Shown here: positions 36,946 to 46,863 of the stretch, piece by piece
Numbering within the stretch: position 1 is the stretch's first letter
How the letters are laid out: the number at the start of each line of letters is the position of its first letter
Assembly: GCA_049840955.1 (NCBI GenBank)
Contig: JASGIX010000072.1
Coordinates: forward strand, 68,361 to 132,360
Source of the DNA: Polyangiaceae bacterium
GTDB lineage: Bacteria > Myxococcota_A > Polyangia > Polyangiales > Polyangiaceae
DNA length: 64,000 bases
Direction: 5' to 3'
The notes under the pieces: generated by a model
What the model saw: only the letters and a program-made list of their open reading frames with translations
Databases searched by the model: none
Told to the model about the DNA's origin: nothing
Position numbers and translations under genes: made by a program

Positions 36946-37748
36946 ATGGTGAGTGTGGTCGTACCCAAAGCATCCGAGCAGGAAGCCATCGTGGTGGGAG
37001 TGGGTGAGCTCGGGGGCGTTTTTTCTTTGGGTTTGTTGCGTCGTGGTTACAGCGTGCAGCCGGTCCTCAGGAGCACGCCCGTGGAGCCTCTGGCGACGCG
37101 TCTGACGGCGCCCGCACTCTGCGTCATTGCTGTCGCGGAAGACGACTTGGCCAACGTGCTCGATGGGTGGGCACGTCGCTATTCCGATCGCTGGGTTCTG
37201 ATGCAGAACGAGCTCAGGCCGTCGGAATGGGAACGCCGCGGACTCGCAACCCCCACCGTCGCGGTCGTTTGGTTCGAGAAGAAGCCGGGCAGAGAGGCCC
37301 GCCCCATCGTCTCGACGCCGGTATACGGGCCGCAAGCGACCGTCATCGTGAACGCCCTCACGGGCCTGGGATTGCCCGCGCACGTCGAGCCGGATCGCGA
37401 ACAGTTGCTCTTCGAACTCTGCCTCAAGAATCTCTACATCCTGAGCATGAACTTCGTCGGCTTGGTCTACCCGAAGGACGTCGGGACGATTTGGTACGAT
37501 CACCGGCCGTACCTGGATCAGAATCTGTGCGGAAGTACTCGAGCTCGAAGCCGCTCAGATGCAGCGCAACCTCCCGAACGCAGTCCCTGTGCATCGAGCT
37601 CGAAAGGATCGTCGTTGCCGATCCGCGTCATGCCGCAGCGGGTCGAACCGCGGTGAGTCGGCTCCAACGTTCCTTGCGCACAGCTCGCCGTCTGGGTATC
37701 AAGACCCCCACCTTGGACGAGATCGCCAAGCGCCTCGAGGAGCACTAA
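36946..37748 (+). CDS. Rossmann-fold oxidoreductase-like protein (possibly ketopantoate-reductase-like), with at least two frameshifts as assembled (approx 37520 and 37590)
   Basis: N-terminus AIVVGVGELGGVFSLGLLRRGYSV (GxGxxG). Three colinear frames end with ...GRTAVSRLQRSLRTARRLGIKTPTLDEIAKRLEEH. The family assignment is weak. Confidence 0.4.
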
Positions 37749-37751
37749 CGG

Positions 37752-38355
37752 ATGCGCAATCACGACGCATGGCTGGTCGACTTGGACGGAACGCTCTATC
37801 AGGCGAAGCCTCTCAAGCTCGTCATGGCTGCGCAGATGGCCTTCGCGGGACCGAAGGCCCTTCGAATCGTCCGTCGCTTCCGAGTCGAACACGAGTCCCT
37901 CCGCGAAAGTGGGCAGGTCTGCGCCCCATCACCCTTCGCGATGCAGATCGAATCGAACGGCCAAGGCGTTGGGCCTCGGCCTCTCCGAAGTCGAAGAGGT
38001 CATCCAACGTTACATGTTCGAGCGTCCGCTTCCGCTTCTTTCGCGACTACGACGTAAAGATCTCCTCAAAGAGATCGCCGATTTTCGCAATGATGGCGGG
38101 CGCACTGCCATCGTCAGTGACTATCCGGCACAGAAAAAACTCGCCGCCCTCGGCGTGACGGATCTGTTCGACCGAGTGGTGGCAAGCGGGGAGCCCGGTG
38201 GCCCGTCGAAGCTCAAGCCAGCGCCGGACGGCATGCTTTTGGCGGCAGATGCCCTAGGAGTGAAGCCCAATCGCTGCATGGTGCTTGGAGATCGAAGCGA
38301 CGCTGACGGTGCTGCAGCCGCCGCAGCGGGTATGGAATTCCGCCTCATCGGTTAG
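37752..38355 (+). CDS. HAD-superfamily hydrolase, frameshifted as assembled near 37930
   Basis: Motif I: AWLVDLDGTLY. After the shift: TAIVSDYPAQKKL...KPAPDGMLLAADALGVKPNRCMVLGDRSDADGAAAAAAGMEF (motifs II-IV). Confidence 0.7.
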
Positions 38356-38360
38356 TGCGT

Positions 38361-38470
38361 CGCGTCTACCGACACCGCTCCGCGTCTACCGACACCGCTC
38401 CGCGTCGCCCTACGGCGGCGGCTGACGACTATCCGCTGCGTCCCACGGCGGCGGCTGACGACCATCCGCA
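38361..38470. repeat. Two adjacent short tandem repeats: a 20-bp unit x2.3 (CGCGTCTACCGACACCGCTC), and a repeat with about 33-bp period x2 (ACGGCGGCGGCTGACGACYATCCGC)
   Basis: Read directly. The block begins 6 nt after the HAD hydrolase stop codon. Confidence 0.85.
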
Positions 38471-38626
38471 GCACCTAACGGCTGCTCGCGACGCCGCATC
38501 TCACGAAGCCTATCGAAGCCGGTCCGCATCACTCGGTGACACGGACGTGCCATCACACCCGTTCAGCACCACGAAGCCGCGTCACGGCCTGCCGCGGCCC
38601 CAAACACGCACTCGAGAGTGCCGTCG

Positions 38627-38821
38627 GGATCGCGACGACACTCAAGAATGCTGCTCCAGAACCTGTCGCAGGGCTTCGACCAGGGTTCGGCACTCCTCGT
38701 CGGTGCCGATCGAAATGCGTGAACCGGGATCGCGACGACACTCAAGAATGCTGCTCCAGAACCTGTCGCAGAGCTTCGACCAGGGTTCGGCACTCCTCGT
38801 CGGTGCCGATCGAAATGCGTA
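38627..38821. repeat. Tandem duplication with 99-bp period that includes the last 26 codons, the stop codon and about 17 nt of 3' flank of hisC
   Basis: GGGATCGCGACGACACTCAAGAATGCTGCTCCAGAACCTGTCGCAG(G/A)GCTTCGACCAGGGTTCGGCACTCCTCGTCGGTGCCGATCGAAATGCGT occurs twice, starting at 38627 and 38726, with one mismatch. Confidence 0.9.
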
Positions 38822-39812
38822 GGTGTTGATCGATTCTGGGCGCACGGAAGTGCCGCACGATCACGGCGCGATCGCGAAGCCCCTTTGCGATCTCGGCGGC
38901 GTCACGCGCCGGGTGACGAGCAAACACGAAATTCGCGGCGGAGGGGATCACCTCGAAGCCGAGCTCCCCCAGCGCAGCGACGAGCCACTCCCGCGAGGCG
39001 ATGACCTTGCGTCGACAGGATTCGAAGTAGTCGCGATCTTCGAAGGCCGCGACGGCACCAACGAGCGCCAGGCGGTCCATCGGGTAGGAGTTGAAACAGT
39101 TTTTCACTCGTTCGAGTGCCTCGACGAGTGCTTCGTTGCCCATCGCGTAACCCACGCGGAGCCCCGCCAATGAACGGCTCTTCGAGAGGGTCTGCACGAC
39201 GAGGAGGTTGGGATAGCGATCGATGAGCGAGGTCGCAGATTGTCCGCCGAAATCGACGTAGGCCTCGTCGAGGACGACGGGCACGTCGGAACGACGCTCG
39301 ACGAGTCGCTCGACCTCGGAAAGGGCGAGGTTCCGTCCGGTTGGAGCGTTCGGGTTGGCGAAAATGATGCCACCCGCCGCGCGCTCGACGTAATCCTCCA
39401 CCCGCAACTCGAATCGATCGTCGAGTGGTACCGTTTCGAAATCGATCCCGTAGAGCCCCGCGTAAACGGGATAGAAGCTATACGTCACGTCCGGGAAGAG
39501 AAGCGGCGCATCATGTTTTAGCAAGCCCAAAAACACGTGAGCTAGCACCTCGTCGGAACCATTTCCGACGAACACTTGCCTGACGTTCAAGCCGTATTCC
39601 TTCGCAATGGCCGAGCGCAGCTCGCTCGCATTCGGATCGGGATAGAGCCGAAGTTGCGCATTCGTGGCTCGGGCGATGGCCTCGATGACCCGCGGAGAAG
39701 GCCCATATGGGTTCTCGTTGGTGTTCAGTTTGACCAGGTTGTCGACGCGCGGTTGTTCCCCGGGGACATACGGCGAGAGCTCGGAAACCAGCTTGCTCCA
39801 ATAGGGATTCAT
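38742..39812 (-). CDS. hisC: Histidinol-phosphate aminotransferase
   Basis: 356 aa: [52 protein letters not shown] (PLP lysine in SKS). Confidence 0.9.
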   Translation of the reverse strand: MNPYWSKLVSELSPYVPGEQPRVDNLVKLNTNENPYGPSPRVIEAIARATNAQLRLYPDPNASELRSAIAKEYGLNVRQVFVGNGSDEVLAHVFLGLLKHDAPLLFPDVTYSFYPVYAGLYGIDFETVPLDDRFELRVEDYVERAAGGIIFANPNAPTGRNLALSEVERLVERRSDVPVVLDEAYVDFGGQSATSLIDRYPNLLVVQTLSKSRSLAGLRVGYAMGNEALVEALERVKNCFNSYPMDRLALVGAVAAFEDRDYFESCRRKVIASREWLVAALGELGFEVIPSAANFVFARHPARDAAEIAKGLRDRAVIVRHFRAPRIDQHLRISIGTDEECRTLVEALRQVLEQHS

Positions 39813-39883
39813 GAGGGACCTTGGTTCGAAAGGAGCGTCACGTTACCACGACGTATGGACAAACCCATTCGAGGGGTCTCAGG

Positions 39884-41182
39884 TCAGGCAACCAAATCAC
39901 GAGAAGGAGCGGCAGAAGTCAATCCAAAAGGCGTAGTTCGAGGCCAATTCGCTGCCACCGAGAGGCCCACCCAACATGGCAGGAAGAACGCAATCAGACA
40001 TCCGTTGTCCTGCCACTCGAAGGGGAACGCCTTCAAGAGCAGCGCGACGGCGCTCGAGAGCACCAACCCGAACGTGGGCCACCTCAGTGTTGCTAGGGCG
40101 GAAGCACCGCGACGTGCGATTCGAAATGCATGCACGGGAAGTGTGAGCGCGAGCGGAGAAAGGAGCAACGCGTTCTGGTTGCGATAGGCGACGGCGTGAT
40201 CCGTGAAAGCCCAAAGGGCGAGAAGCGCCATCCCGAGCAGCCCAGACACCGTACCCAGAAGGCTGATCACGGTCGCGAATGGCGCGACGAATCCCCGACG
40301 CCGTCTCGCAAGCATACCCAAGCCAACGAGCGCGGAACCGGTCGCGATCCCTGTGCCGAGGAATCGTCCCGTCCACCGCGGCGGTCGCTCGGGACGCGGA
40401 TCCCGTTGCGCCAAAAGAACGCTTTCCGAGGCCACGAGCGGCTTCGTTCCACCTTCGGGACTTGCCACGACGACGGTTCTCATTGCCTCCCGAAGTCGTT
40501 CCGGCAAGAAGGCTTCCTGAAAGACGTCGATGGGACGATCCACGAGGGGCCCAAGTCCAATCGAAAGCACCAAATATTCCGGGAAATAGTCAGCCGTAGA
40601 CCGCAAGGCGTGGTCGCGCAGGGTTCGTCCCGCTTTACGAGTGAGCGAGCGACGAATGGCGCCGTCCGTAACCCGATCGATTACGTCGCGAACGCGCGTC
40701 GAACAGTTGTCGAAAAAGTAGTCGTATCGATAGGCGCGATTCTCCGGACGGAAGTTGAGCTCCAACGCGCGACGGACGGCGACGGCTTGCGCGGGGGTGA
40801 GATCGAGCCGTTGCGCGACGAGGCCTCGCCGCTCGCTCGAATACTCCTCGAGCGTATCTTTCATCGCAGCTCGCGAAAGCCAGTACCAAAGCCGCCCTTT
40901 GAAAAAGTCCGCAATCAACGTCGGTGAATCGAAGGAAAATGTCCCATAATTATAGACCCAATCTCGCCCCGACCCTGCGTCGCGGACACGAATTGCGTTG
41001 TGCCCGAACTTGAAGAATGGATGCTCACCAGGCCCCATCGTGAGGAGCTCGATCGTGATCGGCGACGGAGCGGATTTGTCACCGGAAGCGGTGGCAGCTC
41101 GCCCCAAAGTCGAAGACGTCAACGCGGCGATCACGATCGCAGTCGAAATAGTGGAGGTCCAGAAAGCTCTTGCTGCATTCAT
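39884..41182 (-). CDS. DUF4105-family (Lnb N-terminal periplasmic domain) membrane protein
   Basis: Signal peptide, then ELLTMGPGEHPFFKFGHNAIRVRDAGSGRDWVYNYGTFSFDSPTLIADFFKGRLWYWLS, then C-terminal TM helices. Confidence 0.7.
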   Translation of the reverse strand: MNAARAFWTSTISTAIVIAALTSSTLGRAATASGDKSAPSPITIELLTMGPGEHPFFKFGHNAIRVRDAGSGRDWVYNYGTFSFDSPTLIADFFKGRLWYWLSRAAMKDTLEEYSSERRGLVAQRLDLTPAQAVAVRRALELNFRPENRAYRYDYFFDNCSTRVRDVIDRVTDGAIRRSLTRKAGRTLRDHALRSTADYFPEYLVLSIGLGPLVDRPIDVFQEAFLPERLREAMRTVVVASPEGGTKPLVASESVLLAQRDPRPERPPRWTGRFLGTGIATGSALVGLGMLARRRRGFVAPFATVISLLGTVSGLLGMALLALWAFTDHAVAYRNQNALLLSPLALTLPVHAFRIARRGASALATLRWPTFGLVLSSAVALLLKAFPFEWQDNGCLIAFFLPCWVGLSVAANWPRTTPFGLTSAAPSRDLVA

Positions 41183-41300
41183 CGCAACGGTCTCGTCGGG
41201 GGCGCAACATAAGCGATTTCCTCACTCAGGGCACCCCAGCCGCGATTTGCGCCCTTATATCTGCCCTGGAGGCTGACGTACGAAGAGCACCAGGGCGCCC

Positions 41301-41566
41301 GCCTCTCGTCCCGAACCTCGCGAATGCCTCTCGTCCCGAACCTCGCGAATGCCTCTCGTCCCGAACCTCGCGAATGCCTCTCGTCCCGAACCTCGCGAAT
41401 GCCTCTCGTCCCGAACCTCGCGAATGCCTCTCGTCCCGAACCTCGCGAATGCCTCTCGTCCCGAACCTCGCGAATGCCTCTCGTCCCGAACCTCGCGAAT
41501 GCCTCTCGCCCCGAACCTCGCGAATGCCTCTCGTCCCGAACCTCGCGAATGCCTCTCGTCCCGAAC
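41301..41566. repeat. 25-bp tandem repeat, 10.6 copies (GCCTCTCGTCCCGAACCTCGCGAAT)
   Basis: Read directly. There are ten full units from 41301 to 41550 plus a 16-nt partial unit. One T-to-C variant occurs in the unit starting at 41501. There are no spacers. Confidence 0.95.
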
Positions 41567-41759
41567 GCCAGTTGATTCGACCGCTCCCCCGTGTCGGTAG
41601 AGACGAGGGGTTCCATAGAAATTCGCGACGTTACTGCCACGTCGGGATCACGTTCCAAGTTTTCTCGTCGTTGCGCCGTGAAGGGCCCAAGTTACCTCGC
41701 ATTCTCGACGTAAAAACGGCCGCGATCCTCGTTGAAGTCGAAGGAGATGGGCGTATGCT

Positions 41760-44700
41760 TTGGGTTCGGTCCCCTTGATACGCGGCTCCTCCTCGGCATT
41801 GACGCTCACCGTGGTCGTCACCATGACCTCGGCGCTATTTTTCCAAGGCTGGATGTTGCTCGCCGGTCATACTCGCGCGCTCGAGATCATGAGCGTGCGC
41901 GCCGCCAATCGGACCCAAGCGATGTCCCATGGTGTCAGTGCCGCAATTCGTGCGGTCGATCTGGTACTCCGCGACGTTCGCGATCACCTCGATCCCGAAC
42001 GAGACTTGGCCGACCCCGCCAAGACTTCCAGCGAGGCCCAAATCGCGATCAGAGACTTACTGCGTCAGCACTTGGCGGAAATACCGCACGTCGCGCGAAT
42101 CAATGTTTTCGACGCGCGTGGCGACATCGCCTACACGACCACGGAAACGCGGCCCAAGCTATCCGTCGGCGATCGCGACTACTTCATTCATCATAAGTAC
42201 TCACGAGCCGACGAATTGCAAGTGACCGACGCCTTCTTGGGACGAGCCAGTCATCGCTGGGGGATCTTCGCAACCCGTCGCATCACGACCGCCGATGGCC
42301 GTTTCGCAGGTCTCATACTCGCTGCTTTCGAAGCCGGTGCGTTCCAAAACGAGATGACGGCGGTGGACCAAAATCAATGGCTCCTATCGCTTTTCGATCG
42401 GAACGGCGTGCTCGTGGCCCGTTCACCCACAAAAGCCGATTGGATCGGCAAGCGCTTCGACGATCCCTTACTGGTCCGCGGACTCGACCACGGGGAATCG
42501 AGTTTTCGAGGCGGCGCACTCGGCGTCAAGGAACCGCACCTGTGGGCCGCAAGACGAATCGAGGGACTTCCGCTGATCACCGTGGCGGGCTACGAAGAGG
42601 CGAAGGCCCTGAGCCAGTGGCAAAGAGATCTCCAAATCAATCTCCTGGTCGCCCTCCTGCTCGTCTCGGGATGTATGGGCATCTTGTATCTCCACGCGCG
42701 TAATCAACGTGCGGCATCGACCTTGGTTTCACTGAACGAGCGCATGCAAATGGCCGCTACGTCGGCGCATTTGGGTTTTTGGGAGTGGGATGCGCTATCG
42801 GATCGGGTCCACTTCGATAAGGAAAGTCGCAATTTCTATCGTTTGCCCCTCGCAGGGTCCGTAACCAAATTCGATTGGCTGGCAAAACTCGCACCGAAAT
42901 ATCGCCCCCGTCTCGATGGCGCCCTGGAACCCTTCGCAGCACGAGTGTTCGATATCCACGTCCGCACCGACGCGCCTGAGGAGGAGGCTCGGCATTTGAG
43001 GATCGTTGGCGCATCGCAGGTGAATTCCGAAGGACGCATCATCCGCGTCGTCGGGATCAACTGGGACGTGAGCGACGTGGAGCACGCCCAACACGCGCTC
43101 CGGTCGAGCGAGGAATACTTCCGGACACTCTTCGACGCCGTGCCGAGCGCGGTCGCAGTAGTCGAAAACGGTGAAGTCGTTGACACGAACAGTCGTTATC
43201 GAGAACTCTTCCAAGCAACCGGAAACGTCAACACACCACCCTGGCATGCAGCTCCCCTTCAACAACCGAACGGAGCCACGTCGGAGCAAGCGGGTAGACG
43301 TTTCTACGAAGCCGTGCTCTCGGGACAGTTCGTTCAGTCGACGTGGAATTGCCTCCGAGCCGACGGCACCTGTTTCGAGGCCGAGTTCGCCGCGAGACTC
43401 TTCGTCCAGGAGGAGCGCAGGCTCGTGATCGTCACCGTGCGCGATCTCACCGAGCAGCGCACCATGGAGGAGAAGCTGCACCAGGCGCAAAAGCTCGACG
43501 CCTTGGGACAGCTCGCGGGCGGCGTGGCCCACGACTTCAATAACATGCTTGCAGCCATCTTGGCGTCCGCAGAGTTACTCTCACCGGAAGGTGCCGTTGA
43601 GGATCAGAGCGATCTTCGGGAGAACATCGTTACTGCCGCCAAACGCGCAGCGCAGCTCACGACGAAGTTACTCGCCTTCGCGCGCAAGGGTAAACTCCAT
43701 TCGACGCCTACGGACGTGCACCGCATCCTCCAAGAAACCCTAGCGCTCCTCGAACGAACCATCGATCGCCGCATCACGATCGAGTATCGCCCCAACGCCA
43801 CGCACCACGTGGTCGTGGGAGATCCGTCGCAATTGCAAAACGCGCTCCTGAATCTGGGCGTCAACGCGCGCGACGCGATGTCAGAAGGCGGCAAACTCGT
43901 CATCGCGACGAGCAATGAGCACCTCTCAGGCACGAAGTGTCAACTGGGAGCCTTTCGAGTCGCCGAAGGCGACTACCTTCGCATCGACGTCACTGACACG
44001 GGCGTCGGCATTCCGGAGTCGATCCGACAACACATCTTCGATCCCTTTTTCACCACCAAGGAAGTTGGTCGCGGCACCGGACTCGGCCTGGCAGCAGTCT
44101 TCGGAACGATGGGTTCCCATCGCGGCGCCGTGACCGTGGAGAGCGAAGAACGCGTGGGCACCACGTTTTCACTCTTTCTGCCCGTTGCTTCTCAACCCGC
44201 AACCATGCCGACGTCGAGTCTCGCACGCGTCGCACTGGGAACCGGTCTCGTGCTCGTCGTCGATGACGAGGATCTCGTGCGGGCTTCGACCGTCATGCAA
44301 CTCGAAGCGCTTGGATATCGAGTTGTCGCATTCGGAAGCCCGTCCCAAGCCGTCGAGTTCTTTCGATCGCGACACGCCGAGCTCTCGGCCGTCATCGTCG
44401 ACATGGTGATGCCGGAAATGTCCGGTACCGATTTGGTTCGATGCCTCCGAGCCATCGACGATAGGGTGCCCGTCGTCTTAATCAGTGGCTTCCCTCGCGA
44501 CAACCCAATTGACGAACTAAAGCGACAAGGGCTCGCAGCCTTCCTCCAGAAGCCCTTCGGACGCAGCGAACTCGGACGCGTTTTGGATCAGATTCCGCGA
44601 GTCCCGCGCGTCGTCGTGAAGCGCGTCGTCGTGAAGCGCGTCGTCGTGAAGCGCGTCGTCGTGAAGCGCGTCGTCGTGAAGCGCGTCGTCGTGAAGCGCG

Positions 44701-44966
44701 TCGTCGTGAAGCGCGTCGTCGTGAAGCGCGTCGTCGTGAAGCGCACGCGTCACCGCGCCGGCACAGACAAAAAGAAACGGCCGAGGAGGCATTGCACTTC
44801 CTCGGCCCTTCGTGCTTTCACGGATCCACGGGGCGGATCCGTCTTCGTACCCGAACTAGGACGCCTTCACGCCCAGAGTGGGCTTGCCACCGGGCTTACG
44901 CTCTTCGACGATGCCGTCGAGGAACGTCGCGAGCTCCATCGCGCCGAGTTCGCCCGTGGCGCGTGA
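41760..44966 (+). CDS. Hybrid sensor histidine kinase (TM-Cache-like-TM, 2 PAS, HisKA, HATPase, REC). The ORF is given as assembled. The true start is probably the ATG at 41754 (a frameshift in a C-run), and the true stop probably lies before about 44775.
   Basis: Cache-like periplasmic region (INVFDARGDIAYTTTE...GDRDYF...WGIFATRRI). PAS regions. H-box GGVAHDFNNML. HATPase (LNLGVNARDAM, DTGVGIP, GRGTGLGLAAV). REC (LVLVVDDEDLVRAS...VIVDMVMPEMSG...VVLISG...LQKPF). The 3' end runs through the (VVVKR)9 repeat, the thrS terminator and antisense thrS. Confidence 0.8.
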   Translation: MGSVPLIRGSSSALTLTVVVTMTSALFFQGWMLLAGHTRALEIMSVRAANRTQAMSHGVSAAIRAVDLVLRDVRDHLDPERDLADPAKTSSEAQIAIRDLLRQHLAEIPHVARINVFDARGDIAYTTTETRPKLSVGDRDYFIHHKYSRADELQVTDAFLGRASHRWGIFATRRITTADGRFAGLILAAFEAGAFQNEMTAVDQNQWLLSLFDRNGVLVARSPTKADWIGKRFDDPLLVRGLDHGESSFRGGALGVKEPHLWAARRIEGLPLITVAGYEEAKALSQWQRDLQINLLVALLLVSGCMGILYLHARNQRAASTLVSLNERMQMAATSAHLGFWEWDALSDRVHFDKESRNFYRLPLAGSVTKFDWLAKLAPKYRPRLDGALEPFAARVFDIHVRTDAPEEEARHLRIVGASQVNSEGRIIRVVGINWDVSDVEHAQHALRSSEEYFRTLFDAVPSAVAVVENGEVVDTNSRYRELFQATGNVNTPPWHAAPLQQPNGATSEQAGRRFYEAVLSGQFVQSTWNCLRADGTCFEAEFAARLFVQEERRLVIVTVRDLTEQRTMEEKLHQAQKLDALGQLAGGVAHDFNNMLAAILASAELLSPEGAVEDQSDLRENIVTAAKRAAQLTTKLLAFARKGKLHSTPTDVHRILQETLALLERTIDRRITIEYRPNATHHVVVGDPSQLQNALLNLGVNARDAMSEGGKLVIATSNEHLSGTKCQLGAFRVAEGDYLRIDVTDTGVGIPESIRQHIFDPFFTTKEVGRGTGLGLAAVFGTMGSHRGAVTVESEERVGTTFSLFLPVASQPATMPTSSLARVALGTGLVLVVDDEDLVRASTVMQLEALGYRVVAFGSPSQAVEFFRSRHAELSAVIVDMVMPEMSGTDLVRCLRAIDDRVPVVLISGFPRDNPIDELKRQGLAAFLQKPFGRSELGRVLDQIPRVPRVVVKRVVVKRVVVKRVVVKRVVVKRVVVKRVVVKRVVVKRVVVKRTRHRAGTDKKKRPRRHCTSSALRAFTDPRGGSVFVPELGRLHAQSGLATGLTLFDDAVEERRELHRAEFARGA
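44606..44744. repeat. 15-bp tandem repeat x9 (GCGCGTCGTCGTGAA)
   Basis: Read directly; nine identical units. It is in frame with the kinase ORF, where it encodes (VVVKR)n. Confidence 0.95.
44765..44807 (-). terminator. Intrinsic terminator of thrS (A-tract on the other side, so possibly bidirectional)
   Basis: GGCCGAGGA (44779-44787) pairs with TCCTCGGCC (44799-44807). On the minus strand it is followed by GTTTCTTTTTGTC. A second hairpin, ACGGATCC/GGATCCGT, lies at 44818-44842. Confidence 0.75.
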
Positions 44967-46863
44967 ACGCACGTTGATTTGTCCCGAGCTCTGCTCCTTG
45001 TCGCCCACGACGATGGCGTAGGGAACCTTTTGCAGGCTGCTCTCGCGGATCTTGAAGCCAACGCGGTCGGAGCTGAGGTTCGTGTCCACGCGCAATCCGG
45101 CGTCGAGAAGCTTCGTGGCGATCGATTTCGGCGTAGTCGTTGAACTTGTCGCTGACCGGAATGATCGTCACCTGGACCGGACTCAGCCACAGCGGGAAGG
45201 CGCCAGCGTAGTTTTCGATGATGATGCCGAGGAAGCGCTCGATGCTGCCGTAACACGCGCGGTGCAACATGACGGGGGTGTGGCGTGCACCATCGGCACC
45301 GACGTACTCGAGACCGAAACGAGCGGGCATCGAGAAGTCGAGCTGAATCGTGCCGCACTGCCACGAACGCTTCAGCACGTCGCGAATGTGGAAATCGATT
45401 CTGGGTCCGTAGAACGCGCCGTCCCCCGGATTGATTTGGTACCCCATTCCCGAAGCGTCGAGAGCCTTCTTCAGCGCGGATTCAGCGCGCTCCCACATGT
45501 CGTCGCTACCGATGCTCTTTGCGGGGCGCGTCGAGAGCTCGATCCGGACGTCGCTCAAGTCGAAGGTCCCATAAACCTCCTTGAAGAACTCGATGAGCAT
45601 CCCAATCTCCGCTTCGATCTGCTCCGTGGTGCAGAAGTGATGCGCGTCGTCCTGGGTAAAGGCCTGAACCCGGAAGAGACCGTGCCGCACTCCCGAGAGC
45701 TCGCGCCGATGCACGAGCCCCATCTCCGCGATGCGGAGCGGGAACTCGTTGTGGCTGTGAAGGCGGCTGCGGAAGACGAGCAAATGCCCAGGGCAATTCA
45801 TCGGCTTGACCGCCATGGGCCGTTCTTCCTCCACGTTGTCGTGGATGACGTCGGCCTTTTTCTCGTCACGGAGCTTGAGCTTCGTGAAGAACATGTTCTC
45901 GAGGTAGTTGTCGTAGTGCCCCGAGGTGTGCCAGAGCTCCTCGCTCAAGATGAGCGGAGTCTTGACCTCTTTGTAGTTTCGCCTTCGCAGAAGGCCGCGC
46001 ATGTAATCGAGGAGCAAATTGAAGAGTGTCGCGCCGTTCGGGAAGAAGAACGGGAACCCCGGGGCTTCGTCGTGGAACGTGAAGAGATTCAGTTGCTCGC
46101 CGAGGACTCGGTGATCGCGTCGCTTGGCCTCTTCGATTTGCTTGAAGTGCTCCTCGAGCTCCTGCTTCGAGAAGAACGCGGTTCCATAGACGCGAACCAA
46201 TTGGTCTTTGGTTGCGTCGCCGCGCCAATAGGAGCCCGAGACCTTCGTCAGCTTGGTGTGGGCGAGTAGCGAGGTGTTCGGGACGTGCGGGCCACGACAC
46301 AGATCGACGAAGTCGCCGTGCTTGTAGAAGCTCAGGGGTTCACCGCGGCTCTTGATGCCTTCGACGAGCTCCATCTTGAACTTGTTGTGACCGCCGTCGA
46401 TCGCGCGGTAGCGCGCGTAGACCTCGTTGGCCTCGTCTTTTACCTCACAACGCACGAAGGGATGCGCTTCCTTCGCGACGCGCTGCATCTCCGCTTCGAT
46501 CTTCGGGAAGTCGTCGGGCGTGATCTTGTCGCCTTCGGGCAGGAAGATGTCGTAGTAGAAGCCGTCTTCGACGGCGGGCCCGATCGTCAACTGCGCCTTC
46601 GGGAACACTCGCAGGATTGCGTCGGCCATGAGATGCGCCGCGGAGTGTCGGAGCACCTCGAGCGCCTCGGGATCCTTCTTCGTGAGGATCGCGACGTTTG
46701 CGCCGTCGGGCAATGGTTGCGAAAGGTCCGTCACCTTGCCGTCGACCTTCGCGGCAATGGCGCTCTTGGCCAGCCCTGCGCCGATCGAAGCTGCCAAGTC
46801 GGCAGCGGACGCACCCATGGGCAAATCTTTCCGACTCCCATCAGGGAGCGAAACCTGAGTCAT
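44856..46863 (-). CDS. thrS: Threonine--tRNA ligase, frameshifted as assembled near 45120
   Basis: TGS domain MTQVSLPDGSRKDL. Editing-domain motif HSAAHLM. Class II core (FRVQAFTQDDAHHFC, GAFYGPRIDF, HRACYGSIERF). After the shift at GCCGAAATCGATC the next frame gives IATKLLDAGLRVDTNLSSDRVGFKIRESSLQKVPYAIVVGDKE (anticodon-binding domain). Confidence 0.9.

Noticed and set aside
41301-41566. Possible CRISPR array, because of regularly spaced identical 25-bp units
   Set aside because: The units are directly abutting with no spacers. The unit is shorter than typical CRISPR repeats, and no cas genes are nearby. It is a plain tandem repeat.
41170-41778. ORFs translating the 25-bp array as repetitive peptides (track ORFs 41170-41778, 41179-41658, 41324-41575, 41349-41600)
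   Set aside because: A 25-bp unit cycles through all three frames, so the peptides are by-products of the repeat. There is no RBS, and several overlapping frames are equally open.
44517-44792. Minus-strand ORF encoding (HDDAL)n
   Set aside because: It is the reverse reading of the 15-bp array, it starts inside the thrS terminator, and no independent support exists.
45052-46269. 405-aa plus-strand ORF. The same applies to similar long ORFs at 4082-4951(-), 7666-8472(+), 52854-53870(+) and 62288-63595(+).
   Set aside because: Each lies antisense to a gene with strong family signatures (thrS, peptidase, lipoprotein, glycosidase, cdr). They are high-GC shadow frames.
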